39,904 nt of DNA from a virus (taxonomy: Duplodnaviria; Caudoviricetes), in the IMG/VR virus record IMGVR_UViG_3300018481_000040, positions 1 through 39,904 of that record, one strand, 5' to 3'. Every line of letters begins with the position of its first letter. Position 1 is the first letter of the stretch. The position numbers were made by a program, and so were the translations under genes. This document shows, piece by piece, positions 25,288-34,074 of the stretch. The notes under the pieces were generated by a model. It saw only the letters and a program-made list of their open reading frames with translations. It did not search any database and was not told where the DNA came from.

Positions 25288-27043
25288 TCATCCGACGTAG
25301 ACGACGCCGGATCGCGTCTCTCGGGTCTTGCCGCTGTTGAGGACCAGGCGCCGGCCGAGGCCCGCTCCGACCATCCCGACGGCCAGGTCGACCAGCTGCG
25401 ACGAGTCCCGCGTGCGCTTCCCGAGCGACACGCCCCACTGGTTGGGGCGGCGGCGGGCGTTGTGCACGTGCGACCGCATCATCGAGTTGCCATCCCAGGT
25501 GAGCGTGCCGGTCTCGTCGATCTCCGCCGCGGTGAGCTCGGCCTCTTCGGTGAAGAGCCGGTTCCGGTCGCGCCCGCCGGGGACCGAGAGCCGCATGTCG
25601 AACTTCACCGACGAGCCGCCCTTGCCCGGGGTCGCCCAGATGAGCACCCGCTCGCGGAAGTCTCGGTGCCACTCGTCGACGAGCTCACCCCAGTACGACG
25701 CCTCGGTCTCGTCGTCGCGCGCCGGGGACGGGTCGACGCCGCACCAGAGCACGTCGTAGGTGTCGAAGGTCTCACGGAGCTTGGCGTCGACCTCGTGCCG
25801 CGGGGCGAGCCAGCCGGTCCCGCGGTCACCGTGCGGCCGCTGCCAGTGCCCGAGCGTGAGGCGGTGGCCGTCCGACATCCGGGCGGCGACGATCACCGTG
25901 GCATCGGTGCTCTTCGAGCAGTCGACGAACACCGCCAGGGCCTCGCCGTCGGCGACCACCGTGGCCGGCCGGGCCAGCGTGTCGAACGCGCGGGGATTGA
26001 CCCAGGCGGTCTCGTTCGTTGGGAGGGCGTTGAAGTAGTACCGGACCGAGGCGGCCGCCGGCGTCCGAGGGTCCTGGGCGTCGTCACGGATCCGCTCGAG
26101 GTCGGTCCACGGCGAATCGGCGTAGGCCGCGGCGATCCCGGCTTCGAGCTCCTCGGGCACGTGGAGCCGGAGGTGCGGCGGCGCCTCCCGCGAGTCGTAG
26201 AGGATGTCCGTCCGGTGAGTGGCGCCGGCGACCTGGAGCTGCCACGCATCGAACGACTGCTCAGCCTCGGACTCCTCACCCGGGAGGTGAGCGTTCGTGA
26301 ACTCCAGCGCGGCACCGGCCACCCGGAGACTTCGCCGCGTTGCGCCGGCCGACCGCCGCGACCTTCCGGCCGCCCGAGCTCTCCGTCATGTGGTGGGTCT
26401 CGTTCAGGAGCACCGCCGTCGCGGGGTCGCCCTCCGTGGACTTCTCCGAAGCGGTGAGGAGCTCGATGAGCGACCCGTTGCCGAACTGCGTGCGGGTGAT
26501 CCCGTCGTCGACGCCGAGCTCGAGGCGCAGCTGCGTCGTGACCATCCCGTTCGCCACCCGGAGGACGTCTTTCGCCTGGGCCTCGGAGTTGGCGCCGAGC
26601 TGCACCAGCGCCAGGCCCGCCGCGCGCCCGATCGGCCGGCCATCGTCCCAGTCCTCGAGCACCACGGGACCGTTCGCCTCGATGTGAGCGATGGCCGCCA
26701 TGAACGGGTCCTTGCCCGTGCCCTTCGCACCCCGCTTCACCCCCGACCGGTAGAGCCACCGCCCATCGGGCCGCACCGCGTACCAGAGGTGCAGGAACCG
26801 GCGCTGCCCGGCGGTGAAGTTCCACGGCGTGAGGTCGAGATGGTGACGGAGCCGCGGGCCCTCGAGCCCGGGGATCTTCGGGATCGGCTGGCCCCAGCAC
26901 CAGCGGATGATGTCGGGCGCGAGCGACGGCGGAAGCTCGGCCAGATCCGCCGGCCACGGGAGCGTCATCCACGCCCCGGTCGCGTCGTCGATCCAGTAGC
27001 CCGGGAGGAGCTCAACCGCCTCCTCAGCCTCGACCGTAGTCAC
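25288..27043 (-). CDS. terL: Terminase large subunit, split by a frameshift (26276-27043 and 25288-26322)
   Basis: 5' ORF has the Walker A-like KRGAKGTGKDP and Walker B-like VLLNETH. 3' ORF has TNAH.PG, VRYYFN, FVDCSKSTDAT and VDLAV nuclease motifs. Confidence 0.88.
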
Positions 27044-27492
27044 TCGCCGTAGAGCTCCCGATAGTCCTCGAGCTGCGTCACCGGCGCGACCGGCTCATCA
27101 TCATCCGGCGGCGGCCCGGTGTCCGGCTGCAGGTAGCGGATCCGGAGATCGCGCCGCGCATCCATCGTCGTCCCCAGGATCTTCTCCCGCTGACGCAGCT
27201 CGGCCGCCGCCGCCGACGTGCCGTTGTCGTGGAACTCCGCCGCGAGCATCGCCGTGTCGATCGCGAACGACCAGTCCGCATCCGACCACCGCACGCAGTG
27301 CGGCATCGTCGAGATCGCCTTCCACCACGCCTTCGTCCGAGTCGGCCACGGCCGGCCACCGACGCGCTGTCGCGGGAGCCGCGGCCCACCGACGAACGGG
27401 ACGTCGAGCACCTCCGTCCACTCGACGACCGGCGCGTTGTGGTTCCGAGGGTTGGCCTTCGGCTTGCGACCTGCGATCGGCACGAAACTCAC
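27040..27492 (-). CDS. terS: Terminase small subunit
   Basis: WPTRTKAWWKAI...DWSFAIDTAML...AAELRQREKILGTTMDARRDLRI; upstream of terL; start may be GTG 27483. Confidence 0.85.
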   Translation of the reverse strand: MSFVPIAGRKPKANPRNHNAPVVEWTEVLDVPFVGGPRLPRQRVGGRPWPTRTKAWWKAISTMPHCVRWSDADWSFAIDTAMLAAEFHDNGTSAAAAELRQREKILGTTMDARRDLRIRYLQPDTGPPPDDDEPVAPVTQLEDYRELYGE

Positions 27493-27534
27493 CCCCTCGC
27501 GTGGACCTGAGATTCATCCGCACAGTCAGCCGCT

Positions 27535-27544
27535 ATGCCGACCG
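27535..27544 (-). other. Candidate cos site (3' overhang CGGTCGGCAT)
   Basis: Non-coding gap between the HNH and terS, after a GGGGGGTGACCCCC hairpin; resembles actinophage 3' cohesive ends. Confidence 0.55.
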
Positions 27545-27569
27545 AGGAACGTGCCGGGGGTCGCGGGGG

Positions 27570-27875
27570 TCACCCCCCACCCCTCAAGCCTGGGTGTTGC
27601 TCGGGTGCTCGTCGTGCGCTCTGTTGTCGTCGTGCGGCCTGCGCTTCGCGTTGCGTCTTGGCGTCGTGGCAGGGGTGGCAGCGGGGGCCGAGGTTGGTGC
27701 GGTCCCAGTTGTTGCGGTTGCCGTCGACGTGGTCGAGCTCGAGGTGGTTGGCGGTGAACTGGTATTGGCAGTCGAGGCAGCGGTGGTCGTGCTCGGCGAA
27801 GATGGCGAGCCGCGTCTTGCGGTAGCCGGATGGGTGCCAGTTGGTGCCGTGGCGGGGGGAGGTGCTCCAGGCCAC
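27570..27875 (-). CDS. HNH endonuclease, packaging-associated
   Basis: AWSTS...CLDC...LELDHVDGNRNNWDRTNLGPRCHPCHDAKT; immediately upstream of cos/terS; start GTG 27875. Confidence 0.85.
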   Translation of the reverse strand: MAWSTSPRHGTNWHPSGYRKTRLAIFAEHDHRCLDCQYQFTANHLELDHVDGNRNNWDRTNLGPRCHPCHDAKTQREAQAARRQQSARRAPEQHPGLRGGG

Positions 27876-27885
27876 CGGGGGATGC

Positions 27886-27984
27886 TCAGTCGCTCGCCGG
27901 AGCCAGTAGTTGCAACCTGAGCGGGAACGGTACTTCACGGGTGAAGTCGTGGAAAGGATGCTGGTCAGCGGGGGTGTGGCTCAT
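27886..27984 (-). CDS. Small hypothetical protein
   Basis: 32 aa, ATGA-coupled to the upstream gene. Confidence 0.35.
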   Translation of the reverse strand: MSHTPADQHPFHDFTREVPFPLRLQLLAPASD

Positions 27985-28604
27985 CGGGGTGTGTTCGCCT
28001 TGCGCTTGCCCTTTGAAGTGGTGCCCATGGCGGTCTGCCAGGCGGTGATCTCGGCGGGGGTGAAGCGTCCTCGGTCGGGTCGGAGGCCGGTCTTGCGGAC
28101 GGCGTTGCGGAGGGTGTCGAGCTCGGTGGTGAGTCGGTCGACGTCGAGGAGCTTGCGGCTGTTGGTGGGGAGGGGCTGGTGTTCGAGGGTGGCGGATCCG
28201 TCTTGGCCGGTGAGGGTGCGGTTGACCTGTCGGGCGAGGGCTTCGAGGACTTCGGGGGAGGTGGCGTCGGCGCTGGTTTCGCGTCGGGTGGTGATGGTGC
28301 CGGGGCCGAAGAGGTGGGTGGCGTTGGCGCGTGCGTCGGTGATGGTGTCGGTGGCGGCTTCGACGTGGAGGATGGCTTGGGCGAGGTCTTCGTAGGCGGT
28401 GCGGAAGCGGGGGTCGCCGTGGTTGTCGAGGTCGATGCCGACGGCGGTGGGGTCTCCTCCGGTGACGCGTTGCTTGGCGCGGTGGTCGGCGTGTCGGTAC
28501 CAGCCGAGGGTGTGGAGGTCGGCGAGCTCGTCGAGGGCGGCGGCGAGTCGGTGGATGGCGCGGTGGCCGGCGTTGCGGGTGGTGTCGATGCGGGGAGCGG
28601 TCAC
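27981..28604 (-). CDS. Hypothetical protein
   Basis: 207 aa, GTGA-coupled to the replication initiator. Confidence 0.75.
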   Translation of the reverse strand: MTAPRIDTTRNAGHRAIHRLAAALDELADLHTLGWYRHADHRAKQRVTGGDPTAVGIDLDNHGDPRFRTAYEDLAQAILHVEAATDTITDARANATHLFGPGTITTRRETSADATSPEVLEALARQVNRTLTGQDGSATLEHQPLPTNSRKLLDVDRLTTELDTLRNAVRKTGLRPDRGRFTPAEITAWQTAMGTTSKGKRKANTPR

Positions 28605-29338
28605 TCGTCGGGCTCCTGGTGCTCGTCGTCTTGGTCACGGTCCGTGGGGTCACGGTCGGTGGTGGGGGCGTCGTCGGGGCGTTGGAGGAAGGGGATGTCG
28701 TCGCGCATCTGGGCGATGGCGTCTTGGGCGAGGTCGCGGTTCTCGTCGGGGATGAGCGGAGGGTCGGGTGGGTCGAAGTCCGGTTGGGCAACCGATCGGG
28801 CGTCGGTGGGTGTCGGTAGGTGGGTGGTGGTAGGTGGTAGGTCAAGGGATGAATCGTTCGCCTGTTCGATTGGGGAATCAGGTGGGCAATCGATTTGGGC
28901 CGACCTGCGGAAACGGTCTGCTTCTGGCGGGTGGTCGTGGTCGAAGAGCTCGGGGGGCATGTTGTCGACGGCGATCTTCCGGAGCCGGGCGCTGGCGATG
29001 GCTTCCCAGGCGCCCCAGAGGCCTTTGCGGAGCTTGGGGTTGGCGATCGGGATACCGTCGTTCTTGGTGAACGATCGGACCAGGAGCTCCCTCGTGTCGG
29101 CGTCGACGCAGACGAACCCGGCGGCTTCGAGGCCCTTGAGCCCACGCTGGATGTCACTCTCCGTGATGTCGGAGGCGAGGAGGGACCAACGGTCGGGGAA
29201 GAGGTCGATGCACCCGGCGAGGTTGATCCTGGACTGGCTGACGAGCATCTCGAAGGTCCACTGCTCGAGGTAGCGGAGGGCCCGGTAGTCGTCGTCGCGC
29301 CAGATTGAGCAGAGGATCTTGCCGTGGGTGCGTGCCAT
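28601..29338 (-). CDS. Replication initiator protein (actinophage RepA-like)
   Basis: MARTHGKILCSIWRDDDYRAL...LVSQSRINLAG...LEAAGFVCVDADTRELLVRSFTKNDG. Confidence 0.8.
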   Translation of the reverse strand: MARTHGKILCSIWRDDDYRALRYLEQWTFEMLVSQSRINLAGCIDLFPDRWSLLASDITESDIQRGLKGLEAAGFVCVDADTRELLVRSFTKNDGIPIANPKLRKGLWGAWEAIASARLRKIAVDNMPPELFDHDHPPEADRFRRSAQIDCPPDSPIEQANDSSLDLPPTTTHLPTPTDARSVAQPDFDPPDPPLIPDENRDLAQDAIAQMRDDIPFLQRPDDAPTTDRDPTDRDQDDEHQEPDE

Positions 29339-29490
29339 CAGCTGGGGGCCTCCTCGACGGTCGCGAGCGACGGGATGATGCGTTCCCACGTCACGCCGCA
29401 GTCGGGGTTGCTGCATGCCCAGCCGGCGCCGTGCGGGTACACGTCGACGTCGCCACAGCGCGGGCAGGTGGTCACGGGCGCGGCCTCCAT
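29338..29490 (-). CDS. Small zinc-ribbon protein
   Basis: CPRCG...CSNPDCG. Confidence 0.6.
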   Translation of the reverse strand: MEAAPVTTCPRCGDVDVYPHGAGWACSNPDCGVTWERIIPSLATVEEAPS

Positions 29491-29504
29491 CAGCGGGTCT
29501 CGTC

Positions 29505-29618
29505 CTAGTGGTCGGGGTGGAGGCAGTCGGGCGCGCACTGCCAGGTGAGGTCGGCGTACTTCTCGTGCTCGACGTAGGTGCCGACGTGGAGCTCGGTGCG
29601 GGTGGCGGTGTCAGCCAT
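29505..29618 (-). CDS. Small hypothetical protein (37 aa)
   Basis: Manual translation MADTATRTELHVGTYVEHEKYADLTWQCAPDCLHPDH; RBS GGGAGG. Confidence 0.5.
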   Translation of the reverse strand: MADTATRTELHVGTYVEHEKYADLTWQCAPDCLHPDH

Positions 29619-29633
29619 CGGGCACCTCCCGGG

Positions 29634-29650
29634 TCCCGCCGTTGCGCGGC
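29634..29650 (-). repeat. 17-bp intergenic repeat GCCGCGCAACGGCGGGA, copy 1
   Basis: Identical to 36076-36092, same orientation. Confidence 0.85.
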
Positions 29651-29683
29651 ACTGGAACGAATCGGGCGCTACGGAGCGTCACC

Positions 29684-30442
29684 CTAGATCAGCTCCTCGA
29701 TCTGGCCATCAGGGTGGACCCAGCGGGCGTCCCTCTGGCGCATCTTCATGCCGTGGATGTGTGCCAGCCGGGAGGTCAGGCGGAAGCCGTCCGTGAACTT
29801 GCCGGGCCGCTTGTTCCAGGCGTCACCGAGGCGGTTGACGACCTCCTCCTCGCTCAGATCCCACTCGACTCGGAGTGCGGCGACGATCGACCGAATCAGA
29901 TCCTCGTCGTCGGCCTTCGATCGTTGGAGGGAGATCAGGCTGGCGCACTGGCCGTGGTAGAGGCCGGGCATGCTGCGCCACTTCCGCCAGCCGATGCCGG
30001 GGCTGTCCCACTGGAACGAGACGTTCGGGCTGCCCTTGCGGCCGCACTCGGCGCAGCGGTCGAACAGTCGGCGGCGCCAGGCTTGGAGCCACGGGATCTG
30101 GATGTGCCAGTGGTGGACGTGCCACTTCCACGAGCGGTCGGCCTGCCAGTTCCCGGCCCGGTCCTTCTTGGAGTGCTTGCAAACATCGCCTGAGTCCCGC
30201 CCGCCGGGCTCGATGTGCCAGATGGTCGCCAGGATGCCGAGCGCGTACACGCGCCCACCGAGGGCGAACGTCCAACCTCGGGGGCGCCACCAGCGGTAGA
30301 CGGGCTCGCCCAGGTTCTCGGCATTAGTGCGGCGACGACGGGTGAAGCCCCACCGCCCGCCGTCGTAGTGCTTCTCGCTCCACTTCTGGCGATGCGGGAT
30401 CGGTGACGGGATCTCGTGGGCGACCACCATCGGGTCATGCAT
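29684..30442 (-). CDS. Hypothetical Trp/His-rich protein with CxxC
   Basis: 252 aa; MHDPMVVAHEI..., TIWHIEPGGRDSG, WHVHHWHIQ, CAECG. Confidence 0.8.
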   Translation of the reverse strand: MHDPMVVAHEIPSPIPHRQKWSEKHYDGGRWGFTRRRRTNAENLGEPVYRWWRPRGWTFALGGRVYALGILATIWHIEPGGRDSGDVCKHSKKDRAGNWQADRSWKWHVHHWHIQIPWLQAWRRRLFDRCAECGRKGSPNVSFQWDSPGIGWRKWRSMPGLYHGQCASLISLQRSKADDEDLIRSIVAALRVEWDLSEEEVVNRLGDAWNKRPGKFTDGFRLTSRLAHIHGMKMRQRDARWVHPDGQIEELI

Positions 30443-30734
30443 GGGTCTGCTCCTTCGGCATGGCGTTCTCGGCGACGGAATGGAGGTGGGCGAGCCGGGG
30501 CTTCCCTGCTGTCCCGCGCATCACCGCGTCCAGGGCGGATCGCATGAGGGCGTGCTCGTCCTCAAGGCGGGCGTATGTGGACTCACGGAGGGCAGCGCGG
30601 GCATCGTCAGCGAGCCGAGCTAGCGCCCGCTCGCGCTCCGCAAGCTGCTCTCGCAGAGCCGCTATCTGCTCGTCCTTTGGGACCAGCCGTGACGGATCGC
30701 GCGGGACATCATCGCCGTTGAGGTCAGCTGGCAC
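30435..30734 (-). CDS. Hypothetical coiled-coil protein
   Basis: Start re-picked at GTG 30734. Confidence 0.55.
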   Translation of the reverse strand: MPADLNGDDVPRDPSRLVPKDEQIAALREQLAERERALARLADDARAALRESTYARLEDEHALMRSALDAVMRGTAGKPRLAHLHSVAENAMPKEQTHA

Positions 30735-31266
30735 GGGCGAGCTCCTCGGGTGTTGGCCACCACAGGTCCAGCGCGAGCCGCTCTCGGCGTGTGACGTCGT
30801 CGGGCTGGTTGAAGAGGTCGCGGCCGTTGACGACGAGCTCACCGAGGCACCAGAGGAGGTAGGCGTCGGCTTCGTCGTCGTTGGCGGGGTCTCCGCCGGC
30901 GTCGAGGGCGGCCTGGACCATGGCGGGCTTGTCGGCTGCGCCGTTGTCGGTGGCGTACTTCTTGAGGGTGGCTGGGGGGACCTCGACGACGTGGCAGCGG
31001 AGCCGCTCGAGGGCGAGCTCGGCGCAGCCGGCCCACTTGGCTCGGCGCCACTTTCCGAGTTCGCCTGGTGAGTGGAGGCTGGGTCCTTCGACGATGGCGA
31101 CCTGGGGGTTTTCGGGGTCGAGCGCGCGCCAGAGCTTCCCGAAGAGTTCGTTGAGGCGGCGTTGGGTGATGCCGGTTCGGTCGGGGCGGATGGTGGTGGT
31201 GGTGCCGTCGGGGAGCGCTAGGCCGGTGGAGACGAGGGACAGGTCGAGGCCGATGATGCGGGTCAT
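30724..31266 (-). CDS. RuvC-like Holliday junction resolvase
   Basis: IIGLDLSLVSTG, AIVEG, VPPATLKKYAT..G.ADK, NDDEADAY. Confidence 0.9.
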   Translation of the reverse strand: MTRIIGLDLSLVSTGLALPDGTTTTIRPDRTGITQRRLNELFGKLWRALDPENPQVAIVEGPSLHSPGELGKWRRAKWAGCAELALERLRCHVVEVPPATLKKYATDNGAADKPAMVQAALDAGGDPANDDEADAYLLWCLGELVVNGRDLFNQPDDVTRRERLALDLWWPTPEELARAS

Positions 31267-31643
31267 GCCGGTGCCTCGTCGAGGTAGCGCCACTCGATGC
31301 GCCGGCACTCGATCCGCATGAACTCGACCTGGGTGCGCGGGTTGTAGCCGTGGGTGGAGAGCCAGAAGTCGCGGAAGTCGACGACGTCCATGGCGCCGAG
31401 CCCCTCGAGCTCGATCTCGTGCTCGTCCACGAGGTGGAGGGGCTCGACGCGGACGTCGACGACCTCGACCTCGGCGACGACGACCTGCTGGGCGCCCTTG
31501 GGGAGGCCCATGCCCTTCTCGATGAGCGTGAGGCGGTCGCCGGGCTCCAGGGACGTCCAGGAGGCGGCGTGGCGGCGTGTGACGGTCTTGGTGCGCGCCT
31601 GGACGGCGTCGAGGGTGAGCGAGACGCTCATTCGGCGGCTCAC
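31263..31643 (-). CDS. ASCH-domain protein
   Basis: KTVTRR...LEPGD...VEVVDVRVEPL...EG...RIEWRY. Confidence 0.82.
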   Translation of the reverse strand: MSRRMSVSLTLDAVQARTKTVTRRHAASWTSLEPGDRLTLIEKGMGLPKGAQQVVVAEVEVVDVRVEPLHLVDEHEIELEGLGAMDVVDFRDFWLSTHGYNPRTQVEFMRIECRRIEWRYLDEAPA

Positions 31644-31900
31644 TGTGGGATCTCCTCACGGGTGGCCGGCAGCCAGCGACCGATGTCGGGGTTCGGGCGG
31701 TCGACGAGGTCGGCGCCGGCTTCGTCCATCGCTTCACGGAGCGCGGCCTGGGCGTGCGCGACGTCCTGGTCGGCGTTGGCCTCGGTGTGGCGCCATGGGG
31801 CGGTCCAGCGCTTGGTGCCGTCGACTTCGCGGTAGGCGCGGAACCCGTGTCGGTCGGCGATGACGCCGTGGCGGATGTGGAGGATCCCGGGCGCCGTCAC
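31640..31900 (-). CDS. Hypothetical protein
   Basis: GTGA-coupled; start 31900. Confidence 0.6.
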   Translation of the reverse strand: MTAPGILHIRHGVIADRHGFRAYREVDGTKRWTAPWRHTEANADQDVAHAQAALREAMDEAGADLVDRPNPDIGRWLPATREEIPQ

Positions 31901-32202
31901 GTGGTTGGCTCCTCGACTTCGAGGTGGTGGATCGGGAGGCCGCCCCACGTGGTGAGCCAGAGCGTCCCGCCGCGTGCGAGGTGCGCGAGTTCGATCTCGT
32001 CGAGGCGGTAGGCGACGTGGTGGCATGCGCCGATGGCGGGCTCTTGGCCTTCGCGTTCGACGACGATCGCGGAGATGAGCGCGGGGCAGGGGATGACGTC
32101 GGGGGCTTCGTCGGGGCCGCCGATGACGGCGGGGAGGCATTCGACGCCGTCGCGTGCGCGCCACATGGCGATCTGTTCGGGGGTCGCCTCGACCGGCCTC
32201 AC
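31897..32202 (-). CDS. Hypothetical protein
   Basis: GTGA-coupled; ...IELAHLARGGTLWLTTWGGLP. Confidence 0.65.
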   Translation of the reverse strand: MRPVEATPEQIAMWRARDGVECLPAVIGGPDEAPDVIPCPALISAIVVEREGQEPAIGACHHVAYRLDEIELAHLARGGTLWLTTWGGLPIHHLEVEEPTT

Positions 32203-32447
32203 GCAGCGCTCCGTTCGTAGACCCACCAGGAGCCGCGCTCAGGGTGGGGATGGTGGTGGGGACCGAGCGGCGCGAGCCGTGCGCGCCATGCGTTCGGGTA
32301 CTTCGCGGACTCGACGGGGAGCACCTCGACGACGCGCCAGTGGTTCCGTGGGCCGGCGATGATCTCTCCGACGTCGGGAAGTCCGGCGCCGGGGGTGCGG
32401 CCCTCGGGGGCGTTCCATCGGTGCTCGACGAGCCGCGGCCTCGTCAT
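32199..32447 (-). CDS. Hypothetical protein
   Basis: ATGA-coupled to the methyltransferase gene. Confidence 0.55.
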   Translation of the reverse strand: MTRPRLVEHRWNAPEGRTPGAGLPDVGEIIAGPRNHWRVVEVLPVESAKYPNAWRARLAPLGPHHHPHPERGSWWVYERSAA

Positions 32448-33718
32448 AGGAGCACCCCTTGCCGCTCACGGTTCGTGCGCTCGATCGTCTTGGCGGCGTG
32501 CCTCGACTCGAAGATGCGCCAGCGAGCGAGCCGCAGGTAGTCGTTGCTCAGGTCGAGACCGATCCCGACGCGGCCGAGGGCGCGCGCGACCATGACGGTC
32601 GTGCCGGTGCCTGCGAACGGGTCGAGCACGACGGCGGGGCGCGTGGGCGCACTGGCATCGGCGCACTCGCAGCCGTAGCCGGTGATGGTCGAGCGGATGC
32701 TCGTCTGCTGGTAGCCGGGCTTGTTCCAACCGCCACCGGTTGATCGAGAGAGATCCTGGCTGTGCGGGCGGCCGGTGCTCGGAGCGTCTCGGTAGGTCTC
32801 GTGGTCGACCTCGACGACTGGGGTGCGTGCGGATCCGCAGCTCGTGCACCAGCCGGTCGGTGACCAGCCCATGATGATCCACCGGGGCCACTCCTGGGGG
32901 AACGCTGCGAAGTGCTCCACCTCCAGGTGAGCGGGCACGCGCACGGCCTCGGACTGCACCGATCGCACTGAGCCGGGCACGCGGCCGAGCGGGTTGAACT
33001 GGGTCTCGCCGAAGTAGCCGCCCGCGTTGCGGACCCCGGTCTCCATCGCCCGCTGCTCCTTCCCAGGCGGAGCGCCGTCGCTCCGCCTGGCGTGCGTGCC
33101 TCCCGTGTGCGGTTCGCGGATCTCGTCGCCAGCTGCGAAGTAGTCGCCCAGCTTGGTGAGGTGAAACCAGAACTCGTGGGTGTCACGGGTCCGGTCGGTG
33201 ACCGGCTCGGGCAGCCCGTTGGGCTTCGACCAGACCTGGTCCTGTCGGACGATCCAGCCGAGGCCGTCGGGGTCGGCCTGGCCGTCCTCGCAACCGATCG
33301 CGTATCGGTGCGGGAGGAGCATCTTCGACTTCGGGCGGCCGAACCCCGTCTGTTCGTAGGAGCGCTTGCCGGCGCGCGAGCCCTGCACGCGAGCTTGCCC
33401 GGGGATCGGCCTGCCGGAGGAGCGGCGGCCAGTGAGCCCGGAGGTCGTGCCGGGAGCGCCGGATCCGCTGCGCTTGTCGCCGAGGTTGACCCACATCGAG
33501 CCGGTTGGCTTGAGGACGCGCCAGCACTCGGCGGTCACCGCCCAGAGCGTCTCGAGGAACTCCTGCGCTGTGGGCTCGCTCCCGATCTGGCCGTCGTAGT
33601 GCTCGCCCCCGTCGGTGTAGGACCGGAGGGACCAGTACGGCGGCGACGTGACGATCAGGTCGACGCTCTCGTCGGCGAGGGGGATGCGGCGTGCGTCGCC
33701 ACGCACGAGAGCGGTCAT
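32444..33718 (-). CDS. DNA methyltransferase (N4-C/N6-A, beta class)
   Basis: VDLIVTSPPYW precedes VLDPFAGTGTT; HFAAFP; start ATG 33718. Confidence 0.93.
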   Translation of the reverse strand: MTALVRGDARRIPLADESVDLIVTSPPYWSLRSYTDGGEHYDGQIGSEPTAQEFLETLWAVTAECWRVLKPTGSMWVNLGDKRSGSGAPGTTSGLTGRRSSGRPIPGQARVQGSRAGKRSYEQTGFGRPKSKMLLPHRYAIGCEDGQADPDGLGWIVRQDQVWSKPNGLPEPVTDRTRDTHEFWFHLTKLGDYFAAGDEIREPHTGGTHARRSDGAPPGKEQRAMETGVRNAGGYFGETQFNPLGRVPGSVRSVQSEAVRVPAHLEVEHFAAFPQEWPRWIIMGWSPTGWCTSCGSARTPVVEVDHETYRDAPSTGRPHSQDLSRSTGGGWNKPGYQQTSIRSTITGYGCECADASAPTRPAVVLDPFAGTGTTVMVARALGRVGIGLDLSNDYLRLARWRIFESRHAAKTIERTNRERQGVLL

Positions 33719-34074
33719 CGTCGAGCGACCTCCCACCCCTCAGAGGTGAGCGTGATCCGGTAGCAGCGCTTGCCCTTGATCTCGCGCTCGATCAACCCGC
33801 GTTCGGCCAGCCGCACGAGGGCCTGCTTCGCGGCGGGAACGCTCTCGCATCCGGCGAGGTCGATGAGCTGCGTGGTAGCACGGCCGCCGATCGTGTCGAC
33901 GTGTCGGCCGTGCGTTGATGCGAGCTGGTCGAGGAGCAGCTGCTCGGTCGTCCCGACCTTGGCACGCGTGGCCGGCTCTGTAGCGGGCTCCGGGGGCGGC
34001 GTGGCGGCCGATGCGGCGAGGTCGACGGTGACACCGTCCGGGACGACGATCGTGATGACGATGGTCTTGCTCAC
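33715..34074 (-). CDS. Winged-helix protein
   Basis: AAKQALVRLAERGLIEREIKGKRCYRITLTSEG. Confidence 0.65.
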   Translation of the reverse strand: MSKTIVITIVVPDGVTVDLAASAATPPPEPATEPATRAKVGTTEQLLLDQLASTHGRHVDTIGGRATTQLIDLAGCESVPAAKQALVRLAERGLIEREIKGKRCYRITLTSEGWEVARR

